Part shown: in pieces, positions 55,217-64,000 of the stretch
Position numbering within the stretch: position 1 is the stretch's first letter
How the letters are laid out: every line of letters starts with the position of its first letter
DNA from: a virus
Taxonomy: Duplodnaviria; Caudoviricetes
Virus record (IMG/VR): IMGVR_UViG_3300031784_000002
Length of the DNA: 64,000 nt
Strand: one strand, 5' to 3'
The notes under the pieces: model-generated
Told to the model about the DNA's origin: nothing
Database searches by the model: none
Seen by the model: the letters and a program-made list of their open reading frames with translations, nothing else
Program-made: the position numbers and the translations under genes

Positions 55217-56601
55217 TTGATATGAACAAGACTTTTTGCATGGCTCCATGGACTCACATGAACATTGGTCCTAACGGAGATGTTTATCCATGTTGTATGA
55301 TGCCTATAACTGGCACAGAAGGAATTCCTGATGAAAAGAAAAAAGAACCTCCTATAATTGTTGATACAGATAATCTAGATGATGAGTATGATCTGGATGG
55401 TTTGAAAGAACTTATTGGCAGTATGCAAGAAATTGCTGAGCCAATAAATCCTTTGGAAATTGTTGCTACTGAATGTGAAGGGACTCCAAGAGATTTTAAA
55501 ATGGGTTCTCTCCTAGATGAATCACTAAAAGACATCTGGAACGGTGAGAAGATGAGAGAACTTCGTAGAAACATGATAGCAGGTGAAAAGTGCAGTTATT
55601 GTACATCATGTTATAAAGAGGAAGAAATCGGTCATGGATCTCTAAGACTTCACATGAATAAGACGTATGCAAAACATTATGACTACGTTAAAGAAACTAA
55701 AGAAGACGGAACCTTTGATAGATTCAATCTGGTCTACTGGGATTTCAGATTAAATAATATCTGCAACTTTAAATGTAGAATGTGTAGTCCTGGGTACAGT
55801 AGTGCTTGGGAACAAGAGATGAGAAAAGAATTCAATATTGAAGGTGAGTATCCCAAAATTGATGTAGATATGGTGCATCAAGATATCGAACCTCTCTACG
55901 ATATTGTAGAAGAAGTTTATTTTGCTGGAGGTGAACCTCTAATTTCAGATCACCATTACAAGATTCTACGCAAATTAATTCAGAAAAAGAGAAACACTGT
56001 CGTTAGATTGTCATACAATACCAACTTCAGTACACTAAAATATAAGAACAATAATGTTCTAGACCTATGGAAAAAATTTCCGAATCTTTCTTTATCTGTA
56101 AGCTTTGATGGTACAGAAAAAAGAGGAGAACTAATTCGAAAAGGATTCGATTGGCAAAAGTTTCTGGATAATTTTAGATTGTTTAGAAGTAAGTTTCCCC
56201 ATACAAGCGTAAAGATCAACTACGTTTTCCAGGCTTTGAATTGTTTTCATGCCATGGATGCTCATAGAGAACTTTATTTAAGAGGAATTATTACTGACTG
56301 GAATGACTTCTCTTTGTGCATCTTACATAATCCGGATTATATGTCGGTTCTAATTCTTGATTCCGAATCAAGGAGATTGTTGGGCCAAAAGATTAAATAT
56401 CATATTGAAAATTATCTTGCTCCAGCAAAAGCTCATGAGTCCATTAAACAATACATTTCTGTTCTCAAACTTTTGTCTGAAGAGAAGAGAGATCATCTAG
56501 TTCCATACTTCAAATCTTATATGTCTGCACTAGATTCCATAAGAAACGAAAATTCTCTAGAAATTTTTCCTGAACTAGAAAGGATTTTGAGCGATGATTG
56601 A
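55213..56601 (+). CDS. Radical SAM protein with an N-terminal SPASM/Twitch domain
   Basis: CMAPW...GDVYPCC, C.YC..C, the radical SAM motif CNFKCRMC and FAGGEP. Confidence 0.9.
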   Translation: MIDMNKTFCMAPWTHMNIGPNGDVYPCCMMPITGTEGIPDEKKKEPPIIVDTDNLDDEYDLDGLKELIGSMQEIAEPINPLEIVATECEGTPRDFKMGSLLDESLKDIWNGEKMRELRRNMIAGEKCSYCTSCYKEEEIGHGSLRLHMNKTYAKHYDYVKETKEDGTFDRFNLVYWDFRLNNICNFKCRMCSPGYSSAWEQEMRKEFNIEGEYPKIDVDMVHQDIEPLYDIVEEVYFAGGEPLISDHHYKILRKLIQKKRNTVVRLSYNTNFSTLKYKNNNVLDLWKKFPNLSLSVSFDGTEKRGELIRKGFDWQKFLDNFRLFRSKFPHTSVKINYVFQALNCFHAMDAHRELYLRGIITDWNDFSLCILHNPDYMSVLILDSESRRLLGQKIKYHIENYLAPAKAHESIKQYISVLKLLSEEKRDHLVPYFKSYMSALDSIRNENSLEIFPELERILSDD

Positions 56602-57829
56602 TAAGAAAAAAATTAAAACAAAGGGTGAAGTTTTTTGTATAGCCCCTTGGTTAGCTCTAGACATTCGACAAGATGGTGAAGTTAAACCATGTTGTGTTTC
56701 TGAGTATACTTATGGGGATATTAAAGAAAAGCCTTTATGGGAAATCTGGAATGATGAGCCAATAAGAAAACTCCGCGAGAATATGATTAATGAAATACCT
56801 AGCGAAAGTTGTCAGGTATGTTATAATAATCAAGCTGCAGGAAAAAGTTCCTTAAGACAAGATCTCATTAATAATTTGTTCTATGAAAATAGAAAGTTAG
56901 TATATGGTACAAATGATGATTACACTGTTAATGAACCTGGATTTGTTTGGTGGGACTTAAAACTCAGCAACAAATGCAATTTCAAATGTAGAATGTGTAG
57001 TTGGACCTCAAGCTCTACTTTTGAATTAGAACAAAATGGTGTAATCTCTGGTAGATGGAACGCATCTGAAAAAACTTATGAAGAGACTGAACCCTACCTT
57101 AATATGGTAAAACACCTATATTTTTCTGGAGGTGAATCTTTAATTATAGATGAACATTGGAAAATACTTGATAAACTAATTGAGTTAGGTAGAAATGATA
57201 AAGTTACTTTAGCTTACAATAGTAACTTTAGTAATCTTGTTTATAAAGGTAGACACATTTTTGATATGTGGGATAAGTTCAACAAGAGTGTAGAAGTACA
57301 CATTAGCGTTGACGGTATTGGATCAAGAGGTGAGTTAATCCGAAAAGGATTCAATTGGGATAGATTTGTATCTCATGCGGAGCAGTTCAGAGAAAGATTC
57401 AAAAATAAACCAATTACACATGAATTGCATTTTGATTGTACAGTCCAAGCGTTAAACATTTTTGAAGTAGTTAAGTTGCATCAATATTTGTATAATAGTG
57501 GACTGATGAAGGATATAGATTTTTTCTTCTTAAACTTTATGCAATATCCAAGAGAAATGTCCGTTTGGATTTTAGATAAAAAAACAAAGGAAACAGCAAA
57601 AGAAAATATAAGAAATCATATTGACAATTTCTTAATTCCTAATGGTTCAAAAAGGTCTGTAATATTCTATGAAAGTCTGATAAAGTATATTGATTTATAT
57701 CAGGAACAACTTTTAATTCCAGAATTCTTGAAGTCAATGAGAAAATTTGACAAATTGAGGAATGAAAATGTAGTGGAAACTTTCCCAGAACTTCAAAGAA
57801 TATGGAACGTAATTAAAAAGAAAGCCTAG
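56594..57829 (+). CDS. Radical SAM protein with an N-terminal SPASM/Twitch domain, paralogue
   Basis: CIAPW...GEVKPCC, CQVC, CNFKCRMC and FSGGES. Confidence 0.9.
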   Translation: MIDKKKIKTKGEVFCIAPWLALDIRQDGEVKPCCVSEYTYGDIKEKPLWEIWNDEPIRKLRENMINEIPSESCQVCYNNQAAGKSSLRQDLINNLFYENRKLVYGTNDDYTVNEPGFVWWDLKLSNKCNFKCRMCSWTSSSTFELEQNGVISGRWNASEKTYEETEPYLNMVKHLYFSGGESLIIDEHWKILDKLIELGRNDKVTLAYNSNFSNLVYKGRHIFDMWDKFNKSVEVHISVDGIGSRGELIRKGFNWDRFVSHAEQFRERFKNKPITHELHFDCTVQALNIFEVVKLHQYLYNSGLMKDIDFFFLNFMQYPREMSVWILDKKTKETAKENIRNHIDNFLIPNGSKRSVIFYESLIKYIDLYQEQLLIPEFLKSMRKFDKLRNENVVETFPELQRIWNVIKKKA

Positions 57830-58670
57830 CCGACAATTTCTTTGCCACTTTCTTTGCAGGAGCAAACAGAGGTTTAAATCTTTTCTGACCTTCTTTTGTA
57901 AACTTGTCTGCGATGACATCATCGATAATAATTTTGTTGTCTATTTCGTAGAGAGCATTGATATCTACTTGATCACGGATATATTGTTCTATGTTATCCA
58001 CTTGTTCTACTAGACGAGTTCCTTCAGAGGAGTATTCAAAGACATCTATATGACCCGATTCGGCTAGTACATAATGTAATACGGGTTTAACTTGTTTGAT
58101 TTTAATTTTGAATTTGTTTTTGGTTGCTTCTTTAATAAAAGGTTCAGCAGCATTTTTAAGAGCGTTCAACACCGTTGTACTAGCAATTGTAGCTGCTGTA
58201 GTTACCACAGCAACAGCTCCTGCAGTAGCAACTAAAGAAGGATCCGGTAGATCGATATTCAATCCAGCAACTTGTAATCTAGGTTTCTCTGGAACTTCTA
58301 TTACTGGAGTGGGCGCTTGAGTAGGGGGGGTTTGAACCGCAGCAGGCAATTGAGGAGGGAGGGTAGTATCTGGAAGTCCTCTTGATTTATCTAGTTGTTC
58401 TTGCGCTTGTTTTTCTCTTTCTGCCTTAACTGCAGCATCAAACTCTTCTTGTGTTGGGACATTAATTACGGGATAATTAATAGAGGGGTCTGGTGACTGG
58501 AAAATAGGAAGAGCCAGACCTTTAATTACAGGAATTTCAGTTGATCTTGTTACTGGTGGATCTATAGTTGGAATTATACTAGGACCTTGAATTCCAATTT
58601 TAGGGATTCCACCAGTAGGTATTTGTACGTTGTTAATTCCTTTGGCATTAATCGTCGGTATCTCATTCAT
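57813..58670 (-). CDS. Pro/Ile-rich hypothetical protein with an internal hydrophobic helix
   Basis: 285-aa ORF containing LVATAGAVAVVTTAATIAS. Confidence 0.6.
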   Translation of the reverse strand: MNEIPTINAKGINNVQIPTGGIPKIGIQGPSIIPTIDPPVTRSTEIPVIKGLALPIFQSPDPSINYPVINVPTQEEFDAAVKAEREKQAQEQLDKSRGLPDTTLPPQLPAAVQTPPTQAPTPVIEVPEKPRLQVAGLNIDLPDPSLVATAGAVAVVTTAATIASTTVLNALKNAAEPFIKEATKNKFKIKIKQVKPVLHYVLAESGHIDVFEYSSEGTRLVEQVDNIEQYIRDQVDINALYEIDNKIIIDDVIADKFTKEGQKRFKPLFAPAKKVAKKLSARLSF

Positions 58671-59236
58671 TGTGCCGCTGCTTGTTTTACAGAGGGATAT
58701 TTCACGACAACATCAGCACAGACTTTATGGTATGGACTATCTGGATGAAAACTAATTCCACTTTTAATAGCTTCACCACACTTAAGAAGTCGAACTAATT
58801 CGAAATCAAGTCTTGCTTTGTCTGCTTCTGCTTGTTGTCTTGCAATTTCAACCTTTGCTCTTGTTTTGCAGATCTCCTGAAGTGATCCATCAAGAGGAAA
58901 GTTAAATCCAAGACTCATACCAAAGTTGCCATTATGAGATTGATAAGACGTTGGATCTTTACTTCCATTGAAACTCCCTAAAGCAAAGGGAGACAAACTC
59001 ATCGTTGGTCCTTGACAACTAACCCCTCCGCCATAGGTGTTGAGAGCAAACGGTCCTTGTAAGACTTGGACAGCTTGGTTAGTAACATTACCTGTAGCGG
59101 AAGCACTAGGACCAGCGATATTAGTATTAGAAGGAGCAGATTGAGCGTAAACTTTGCCATGACAAAGTACTCCTATTGCGTAAAGACAGACACAGAGTTT
59201 GTAGTAGACTGTGTTTCTGTGGTGCGATCTATCCAT
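58667..59236 (-). CDS. Secreted/periplasmic hypothetical protein with Cys pairs
   Basis: Hydrophobic stretch ending VYA|Q, then GPSASATGNVTNQAVQVLQG...GVSCQGP. Start position uncertain. Confidence 0.65.
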   Translation of the reverse strand: MDRSHHRNTVYYKLCVCLYAIGVLCHGKVYAQSAPSNTNIAGPSASATGNVTNQAVQVLQGPFALNTYGGGVSCQGPTMSLSPFALGSFNGSKDPTSYQSHNGNFGMSLGFNFPLDGSLQEICKTRAKVEIARQQAEADKARLDFELVRLLKCGEAIKSGISFHPDSPYHKVCADVVVKYPSVKQAAAQ

Positions 59237-59538
59237 GTTTCTTTAGCCACTCCAGGACCGAGATAGGTTTCACTGAACTGGAATGGAGCACCCTGAGTCA
59301 TGATACTATAATTTGAATCCTGGTTTGGTTTTCCAGGAATGTTAATATTAGTTCCAGTCACAGTGTATGATGTGCCAGTTGTGTATTCAACTTGGCGAAT
59401 TGCTTCTATAATCTTTGTAGTAGATTCTGTGGTTGCTGTAATTGTGCCACGAGTAAAATTAGGCACAACACTCTCAGCATAAACGGGAGTACAAATGACT
59501 CCCGATGCTAAAAGCAAAACGGGAGTTAAGTGTCTCAT
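59173..59538 (-). CDS. Secreted beta-rich hypothetical protein
   Basis: Signal peptide ending VYA; T-rich mature region. Confidence 0.7.
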   Translation of the reverse strand: MRHLTPVLLLASGVICTPVYAESVVPNFTRGTITATTESTTKIIEAIRQVEYTTGTSYTVTGTNINIPGKPNQDSNYSIMTQGAPFQFSETYLGPGVAKETWIDRTTETQSTTNSVSVFTQ

Positions 59539-59996
59539 TTGAATACGCTTAGCTCAATAGTTCTTTGAGCAGTAGCACTTGTTCCAGCACCACCAGCAGT
59601 AACAGTAGGAACACCAGTTGGGGAAAGAGTACCTGCAAGAGTTCCTTTCTCACCACCAACTTGAGTTACACTATCTCCATAGAGATTTGGTGTTCCAATA
59701 ACACCATTAGTAACTGTTTGAGTAGTAACAGGAGTATCAGCAGCATTGATAGTTTCTGAGAAACTAAATGCTTGACCTGGAGTATTGATATCATAGGTTC
59801 CAGCACCACCAACACCACCAAAGGATGTAGATTGGATATTGGTTCCTGATGCGGAATAGGAAGCACCGATTCGGGTTGATTGAACTGCAGCACCATCAAC
59901 TTTCAATTGAACGGAATCAGTAATTTTTGATGTAATTTCAGCAGCATTAACTGGGATAGCGAAGAATAACGAAAAGACAAGAAATAATCTTTTCAT
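59535..59996 (-). CDS. Secreted beta-rich hypothetical protein
   Basis: MKRLFLVFSLFFAIPVNA signal peptide. TAAATA on the - strand at 60022-60027. Confidence 0.7.
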   Translation of the reverse strand: MKRLFLVFSLFFAIPVNAAEITSKITDSVQLKVDGAAVQSTRIGASYSASGTNIQSTSFGGVGGAGTYDINTPGQAFSFSETINAADTPVTTQTVTNGVIGTPNLYGDSVTQVGGEKGTLAGTLSPTGVPTVTAGGAGTSATAQRTIELSVFK

Positions 59997-60044
59997 TGTT
60001 CTTATGATTTTTTGGGCAGCTTATTTAGGAATTTACAAAATATT

Positions 60045-62732
60045 TTATTGTATGGTTATCCCACTTAAAGTAAATGCACCAGAAATTCTAAGACTATATC
60101 CTTCTGGTTCATTTCCAGTTAAAGCATCCCATATTACTATGGGTCTCCCACCTTCTAAACTATTCACATCAATCCAATTCTCATCAGTTGCAGTCGTGGA
60201 TTCAGTTCCAGTATAAAATTGATCAGTATTAGCATCATCAACAACTGTCTTCAACCAGTTTCGTATATCTAACCAAGTCCAATCTCTATTAAATTGCAAT
60301 TTAGTTGCAATTAACCCACAAGCAACGGGACATGCCGAACTAGTTCCACTAAATTTGCCATCATATGGCGTTAATGTAAGTCCCGGATAGATATCTGCTC
60401 TGAGGTAGGTCCCAACAGGAGCTTGTGCTGTTAATGTGCCATCTGCGGGGGCATAACAGTCTATTTCATTACCCATATCACTATAAGTAACTTTCCTCTC
60501 TTTACCTCCTGGATCAAAGGAATCATCAAGAGCTCCAATATTAATTACAGGATAAACAACATTTCCATCTGTTCCAATAAATTTACCGAGTTGTTGTGGA
60601 AATCCTCTTCTATTTGTTGAATTATATGCAGTGACTCCAAATTCATCGTGAGTTGAGGCATAAAAACTAGATGCGGAACCTAAACCAGAAGAGTATCTAT
60701 TGTTGACACCCATGTGGATGTCAATTTTTGTAGGTAAATTTTCATAAAAAACAGCTTCATAAACCATCCCAGGTGATCCTAAAACTCCACCTGTAGAAGC
60801 ATTTCCTTCATATCTTATTCTATAAGTTCTATTGGGAGTAGATCCTTCTACACCATAGTATAATCTTTGACAAGAATTATCTGCACAGGACATCATAATT
60901 TTGTGGAAAGGTGGATTACTAAAACTCAATCCACTATAAACCTGCGATCCTCCACCAAAAGTAATGTATGTATTAGTTCCTGGATAAATTACGTTTGTAG
61001 TAAGACCCCCAAACTGAATACTAAAGGGTAAAGTTAAAATCCAATATCCATCGTCATTATTTCCAACTGATGGAGTTGTTGATGATGTAAGAGATCCAGC
61101 TCCCAATAAACTATTCGTTATACTTGTTACAATACCACTGCTTCCATTGGTAATAATTCTTTTAGAAGTATTGCTCTGTGCAGAAAAATTTGTAGTTCCT
61201 GGAAGTTCTGCATTGGGTAATGCTAGTCCAGTAATCCCCAAATCTCCACCAACAATACTCCAGAAATTGTTATAATCCGGATGATCAGAACTTACTTGTT
61301 TTTGGTTACTGTTGCCCGCAGCTGCAACAAAAATAACTCCTGCATCTATTAACTCTTCTCCGGCAGATAGATATGAATTAGGCAGGTGTTCACCTTTCAT
61401 TCTATTTCCATCCCCATATACTCCCACGTACCTCATAAAGTTTGGGAGTGATGATGATGTATAACTTGTTCCTATCCCAAGACCTAAAGTATTAAGACCT
61501 ACTCTATGGAAATAAGATCCATTAGTTCTATGAGATGTTGAACGATATCCCCAACTGTTACTACTAATTGTGGGATCTTTTGTTCCATATTTTGGATTTA
61601 TAGGTTTATATAAATGAAACAATTTCATTATATTAAAATACTGTTCTATGTCAGACCCACTATTTCCATAAGCGTTTATGACCCATTTGTTACAATTAAA
61701 TGCCCATCCTTGAGTTCTTCCAAAAGTATTTGCAGCACAATCTGTTCCATGGTCGGTGCCATTAGTTGGTCTAGCTGTGTTACTTCCCAAACAAGAAACT
61801 CTAGTATAATTTGTAGTGACTCCTACGATTCCTATCGTAGAAAATCCAACAGATCTTTGAGAAGAATCTCCCCACCAAGATCTTGCAACATTTTCGACAG
61901 GAACTTTTGTTCCATCCCAACGAGTTATTAATCTTGTACTAGGTGAAGACTCAAACCATTCTGGGTCTATGTAATATGGTGCATCTAAAACTAGATCCAG
62001 AATATCACAAGTCCCTGTAGTTGAAGAATTTGAAAATCCACTTTTCAATACATTTCCACCAATATACTTTGTTGGACCCCCTCCTGTTGCGTTACTTTGA
62101 AATTCTACGTGACCTATCCAAAATCCTTCATCTCCAACAATTACGTCAACATCTGATCCATCACCATAATATTGAATTTTATCTGAAAGAATTTGATTTG
62201 AACCTGTACTTAGTCCAGTGTGCCAAGGATTCTCTTTGTTCACACATCTAAAAAGTTGATAACCACTTCGATTCAAATCCGAACTGTTTGGTGAAGTTGG
62301 AAGTTGATTATTATCAAACCAGTTTCTATATTGCTTTGTCGGGGTCTCATATCTATAGTTTCTGAGAGCACTAAACTTCAGTTCTTCTGGTGGTGCTTTA
62401 TATTTTTGAGGATAACTTTCAAAGTTTTCATGTACATATTGCACTCTCGGATGATTACGGAGTTCCTTAGCTTCTTCATCATTCAATAAGTAAACTGCCC
62501 TTGTGGGACTGTGTTCTTTGTAATCTATACACTCCACACATTCACACGGTATATTATCTTCGAGAGTTCCATCTCGAATTAAAACTTCATGAATATATTC
62601 CCAGTCTTCTGCAGAATAACATCCAACCGCATATAGTTTTTTTGCATTTAGTTCTGTAGGATACTCTATCCCCAATCCAATTTGATCATTATGAAATGAA
62701 TAATCGTATTGTTTTTTGTTTTCAGATTCCAT
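60045..62732 (-). CDS. S8 subtilisin-like serine protease, probably virion-associated
   Basis: Triad motifs VIVGDEG, HGTDCA and GTSSACP, the oxyanion motif VAAAGNSN, an I9-like propeptide, and no signal peptide. Confidence 0.88.
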   Translation of the reverse strand: MESENKKQYDYSFHNDQIGLGIEYPTELNAKKLYAVGCYSAEDWEYIHEVLIRDGTLEDNIPCECVECIDYKEHSPTRAVYLLNDEEAKELRNHPRVQYVHENFESYPQKYKAPPEELKFSALRNYRYETPTKQYRNWFDNNQLPTSPNSSDLNRSGYQLFRCVNKENPWHTGLSTGSNQILSDKIQYYGDGSDVDVIVGDEGFWIGHVEFQSNATGGGPTKYIGGNVLKSGFSNSSTTGTCDILDLVLDAPYYIDPEWFESSPSTRLITRWDGTKVPVENVARSWWGDSSQRSVGFSTIGIVGVTTNYTRVSCLGSNTARPTNGTDHGTDCAANTFGRTQGWAFNCNKWVINAYGNSGSDIEQYFNIMKLFHLYKPINPKYGTKDPTISSNSWGYRSTSHRTNGSYFHRVGLNTLGLGIGTSYTSSSLPNFMRYVGVYGDGNRMKGEHLPNSYLSAGEELIDAGVIFVAAAGNSNQKQVSSDHPDYNNFWSIVGGDLGITGLALPNAELPGTTNFSAQSNTSKRIITNGSSGIVTSITNSLLGAGSLTSSTTPSVGNNDDGYWILTLPFSIQFGGLTTNVIYPGTNTYITFGGGSQVYSGLSFSNPPFHKIMMSCADNSCQRLYYGVEGSTPNRTYRIRYEGNASTGGVLGSPGMVYEAVFYENLPTKIDIHMGVNNRYSSGLGSASSFYASTHDEFGVTAYNSTNRRGFPQQLGKFIGTDGNVVYPVINIGALDDSFDPGGKERKVTYSDMGNEIDCYAPADGTLTAQAPVGTYLRADIYPGLTLTPYDGKFSGTSSACPVACGLIATKLQFNRDWTWLDIRNWLKTVVDDANTDQFYTGTESTTATDENWIDVNSLEGGRPIVIWDALTGNEPEGYSLRISGAFTLSGITIQ

Positions 62733-62739
62733 GATCTTC

Positions 62740-63999
62740 TTAGAATAAAGTTAAAGTAGTTGATCCTATTCCTACTGCCGTGAAGGTTAGTTGATTACCT
62801 ACGAGTGAGATTTGTATCGGGGTTGTATTTCCAACGCTAATAAAACCTCCAGTTGAAGTTACAACACCAGAAACATTTGCGTTTCTCCCCACAGTTAAAT
62901 CGGTACTCACCCCAACCGTTATTGTATCTAGTTTAATAGAAGTTGCTGCACCGATAGTAGGAGTTCCTGCAGGTAGGCTTTCAAATCTTGTTGCGGTAAC
63001 AATTCCGAGTGTTATGTCTGGAGTGCCCGCAAGGCCTGTAGCATTTCCTGTAACATTGCCAGTAACATTTCCCTCTAGGTTGCCACTAAAAGTTGGTGCT
63101 GTAATTATTCCACTTTGGCCATTTATTGTAATAGCAGCGCCCACTGAAATTGTGGCTTTTCCGCCATCTATGAAAACATTGGGATAAAGAACTGGATTAC
63201 CATCCCTAGAATAAAAAGATGTACCAATTTGTAAGGTTCTCGTAAACTTACCAGAATAACGAATTTCAAATGGTTCGTCATTTAATTGGTTATCTTGTAT
63301 TGCGCTGAAATATCCATTGCCAGCACCACCTACTGTGTTTTGGAAATTTGGCATCAAGAATTTGTTAAATAATCCGTTATTAGTGGTCCTAAATCCCACA
63401 TTATTGATTATACTGAATCCTTCAACATCAATTCCTTCACGTACATATAACCCAAAGTAATTATCTGATGATGTTGTATTAATACCGACTTTTTTTGTTG
63501 TATGGATACCTAATACGTCAGATGACCAATAACTTTCTCCAACGCCTCCTCCTCCTCCAATAGCATTTATTGTAGCAATACCAGCGGACTGCAAAATACT
63601 TATATTTACTCCTGCAACTAGTGAGGTAATAACTCCAGTTAATCTGGATCCAGATCCGTTGTAGGAATCTGCGGTTACAACTCCAACTACAATGTTAGGT
63701 GTTCCAGTGATTCCAAAAGCTATTGTAGATATACCTGATACATCTGCATATCCAGAAATTGAAGATTGAGTTGCAATACCAGAAAAATCTGAGTAACTAG
63801 AAATTCCTGAAACAAATGAGTAATTACTTGTATTTGTTGTCTCTGCAAATCCAGCATTTATGGAAATAGTTGCAATACCAGCAACATCTGCATAACTAGA
63901 AATACCAGCACTATCTGCATATGTAGCTGATGCAACAATGGAGGGAACTGAGATTGTTACTCTTCCAACTCCATCTGGGCCTGTAGATATAATATTTTC
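62740..63999 (-). CDS. Tail-fibre-like protein (5' end outside the window)
   Basis: The frame is open from 63999 through the TTG called at 63594. It contains AGISTYA-type repeats and the VGVVTA.S..GSGS.LTGVITSLVAG module shared with 41688-44966. Confidence 0.75.
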   Translation of the reverse strand, partial: ENIISTGPDGVGRVTISVPSIVASATYADSAGISSYADVAGIATISINAGFAETTNTSNYSFVSGISSYSDFSGIATQSSISGYADVSGISTIAFGITGTPNIVVGVVTADSYNGSGSRLTGVITSLVAGVNISILQSAGIATINAIGGGGGVGESYWSSDVLGIHTTKKVGINTTSSDNYFGLYVREGIDVEGFSIINNVGFRTTNNGLFNKFLMPNFQNTVGGAGNGYFSAIQDNQLNDEPFEIRYSGKFTRTLQIGTSFYSRDGNPVLYPNVFIDGGKATISVGAAITINGQSGIITAPTFSGNLEGNVTGNVTGNATGLAGTPDITLGIVTATRFESLPAGTPTIGAATSIKLDTITVGVSTDLTVGRNANVSGVVTSTGGFISVGNTTPIQISLVGNQLTFTAVGIGSTTLTLF

Positions 64000-64000
64000 A

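Noticed and set aside
62740-63594. ORF-track start at 63594 (TTG, MQSAG)
   Set aside because: The frame stays open to 63999 with the same fibre-repeat content, so the true start lies beyond the window.
1-64000. tRNA genes, photosynthesis genes (psbA, hli) and alternative genetic code
   Set aside because: No cloverleaf or such ORFs were recognised by eye, and core genes translate full-length with the standard code. A tRNAscan run would be needed to exclude tRNAs formally.

Overview
This window is a 64-kb segment of a T4-like myovirus genome with the gene content and order typical of cyanomyoviruses (Kyanoviridae-like). The host is inferred from gene content only. Positions 1-41 kb hold the recombination, replication and nucleotide-metabolism core, all on the + strand: uvsY (partial), uvsW, gp55, gp47, gp46, a vWA/HExxH protein, cobS-like AAA, gp45, a denV-like glycosylase, gp44, gp62, regA, hsp20, gp43, uvsX, gp41, mazG, a HIGH-motif nucleotidyltransferase, gp61 and nrdAB. 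Late-promoter-driven accessory genes are interspersed. Positions 41.7-64 kb are accessory: an FG-GAP-repeat fibre-like protein, a C39-peptidase/lysozyme pair, an autotransporter-like protein behind a structured 5' leader, an enzyme island (methyltransferase, sulfotransferase/P-loop proteins, diiron ferritin-like protein, two radical SAM/SPASM enzymes) and, on the - strand, secreted proteins, an S8 protease and a partial fibre gene. The most interesting signals are: (i) modular, apparently polyprotein-like ORFs whose modules are delimited by (I/L/V/M)xE sites resembling T4 gp21 prohead-protease sites, plus short N-termini resembling the T4 capsid-targeting sequence, one of them on the nucleotidyltransferase; (ii) the radical SAM/diiron/sulfotransferase cassette; (iii) several structured RNA or promoter-terminator elements. 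No tRNA, CRISPR array, intron or intein was recognised. All family assignments come from motif recognition by eye, not from database searches.
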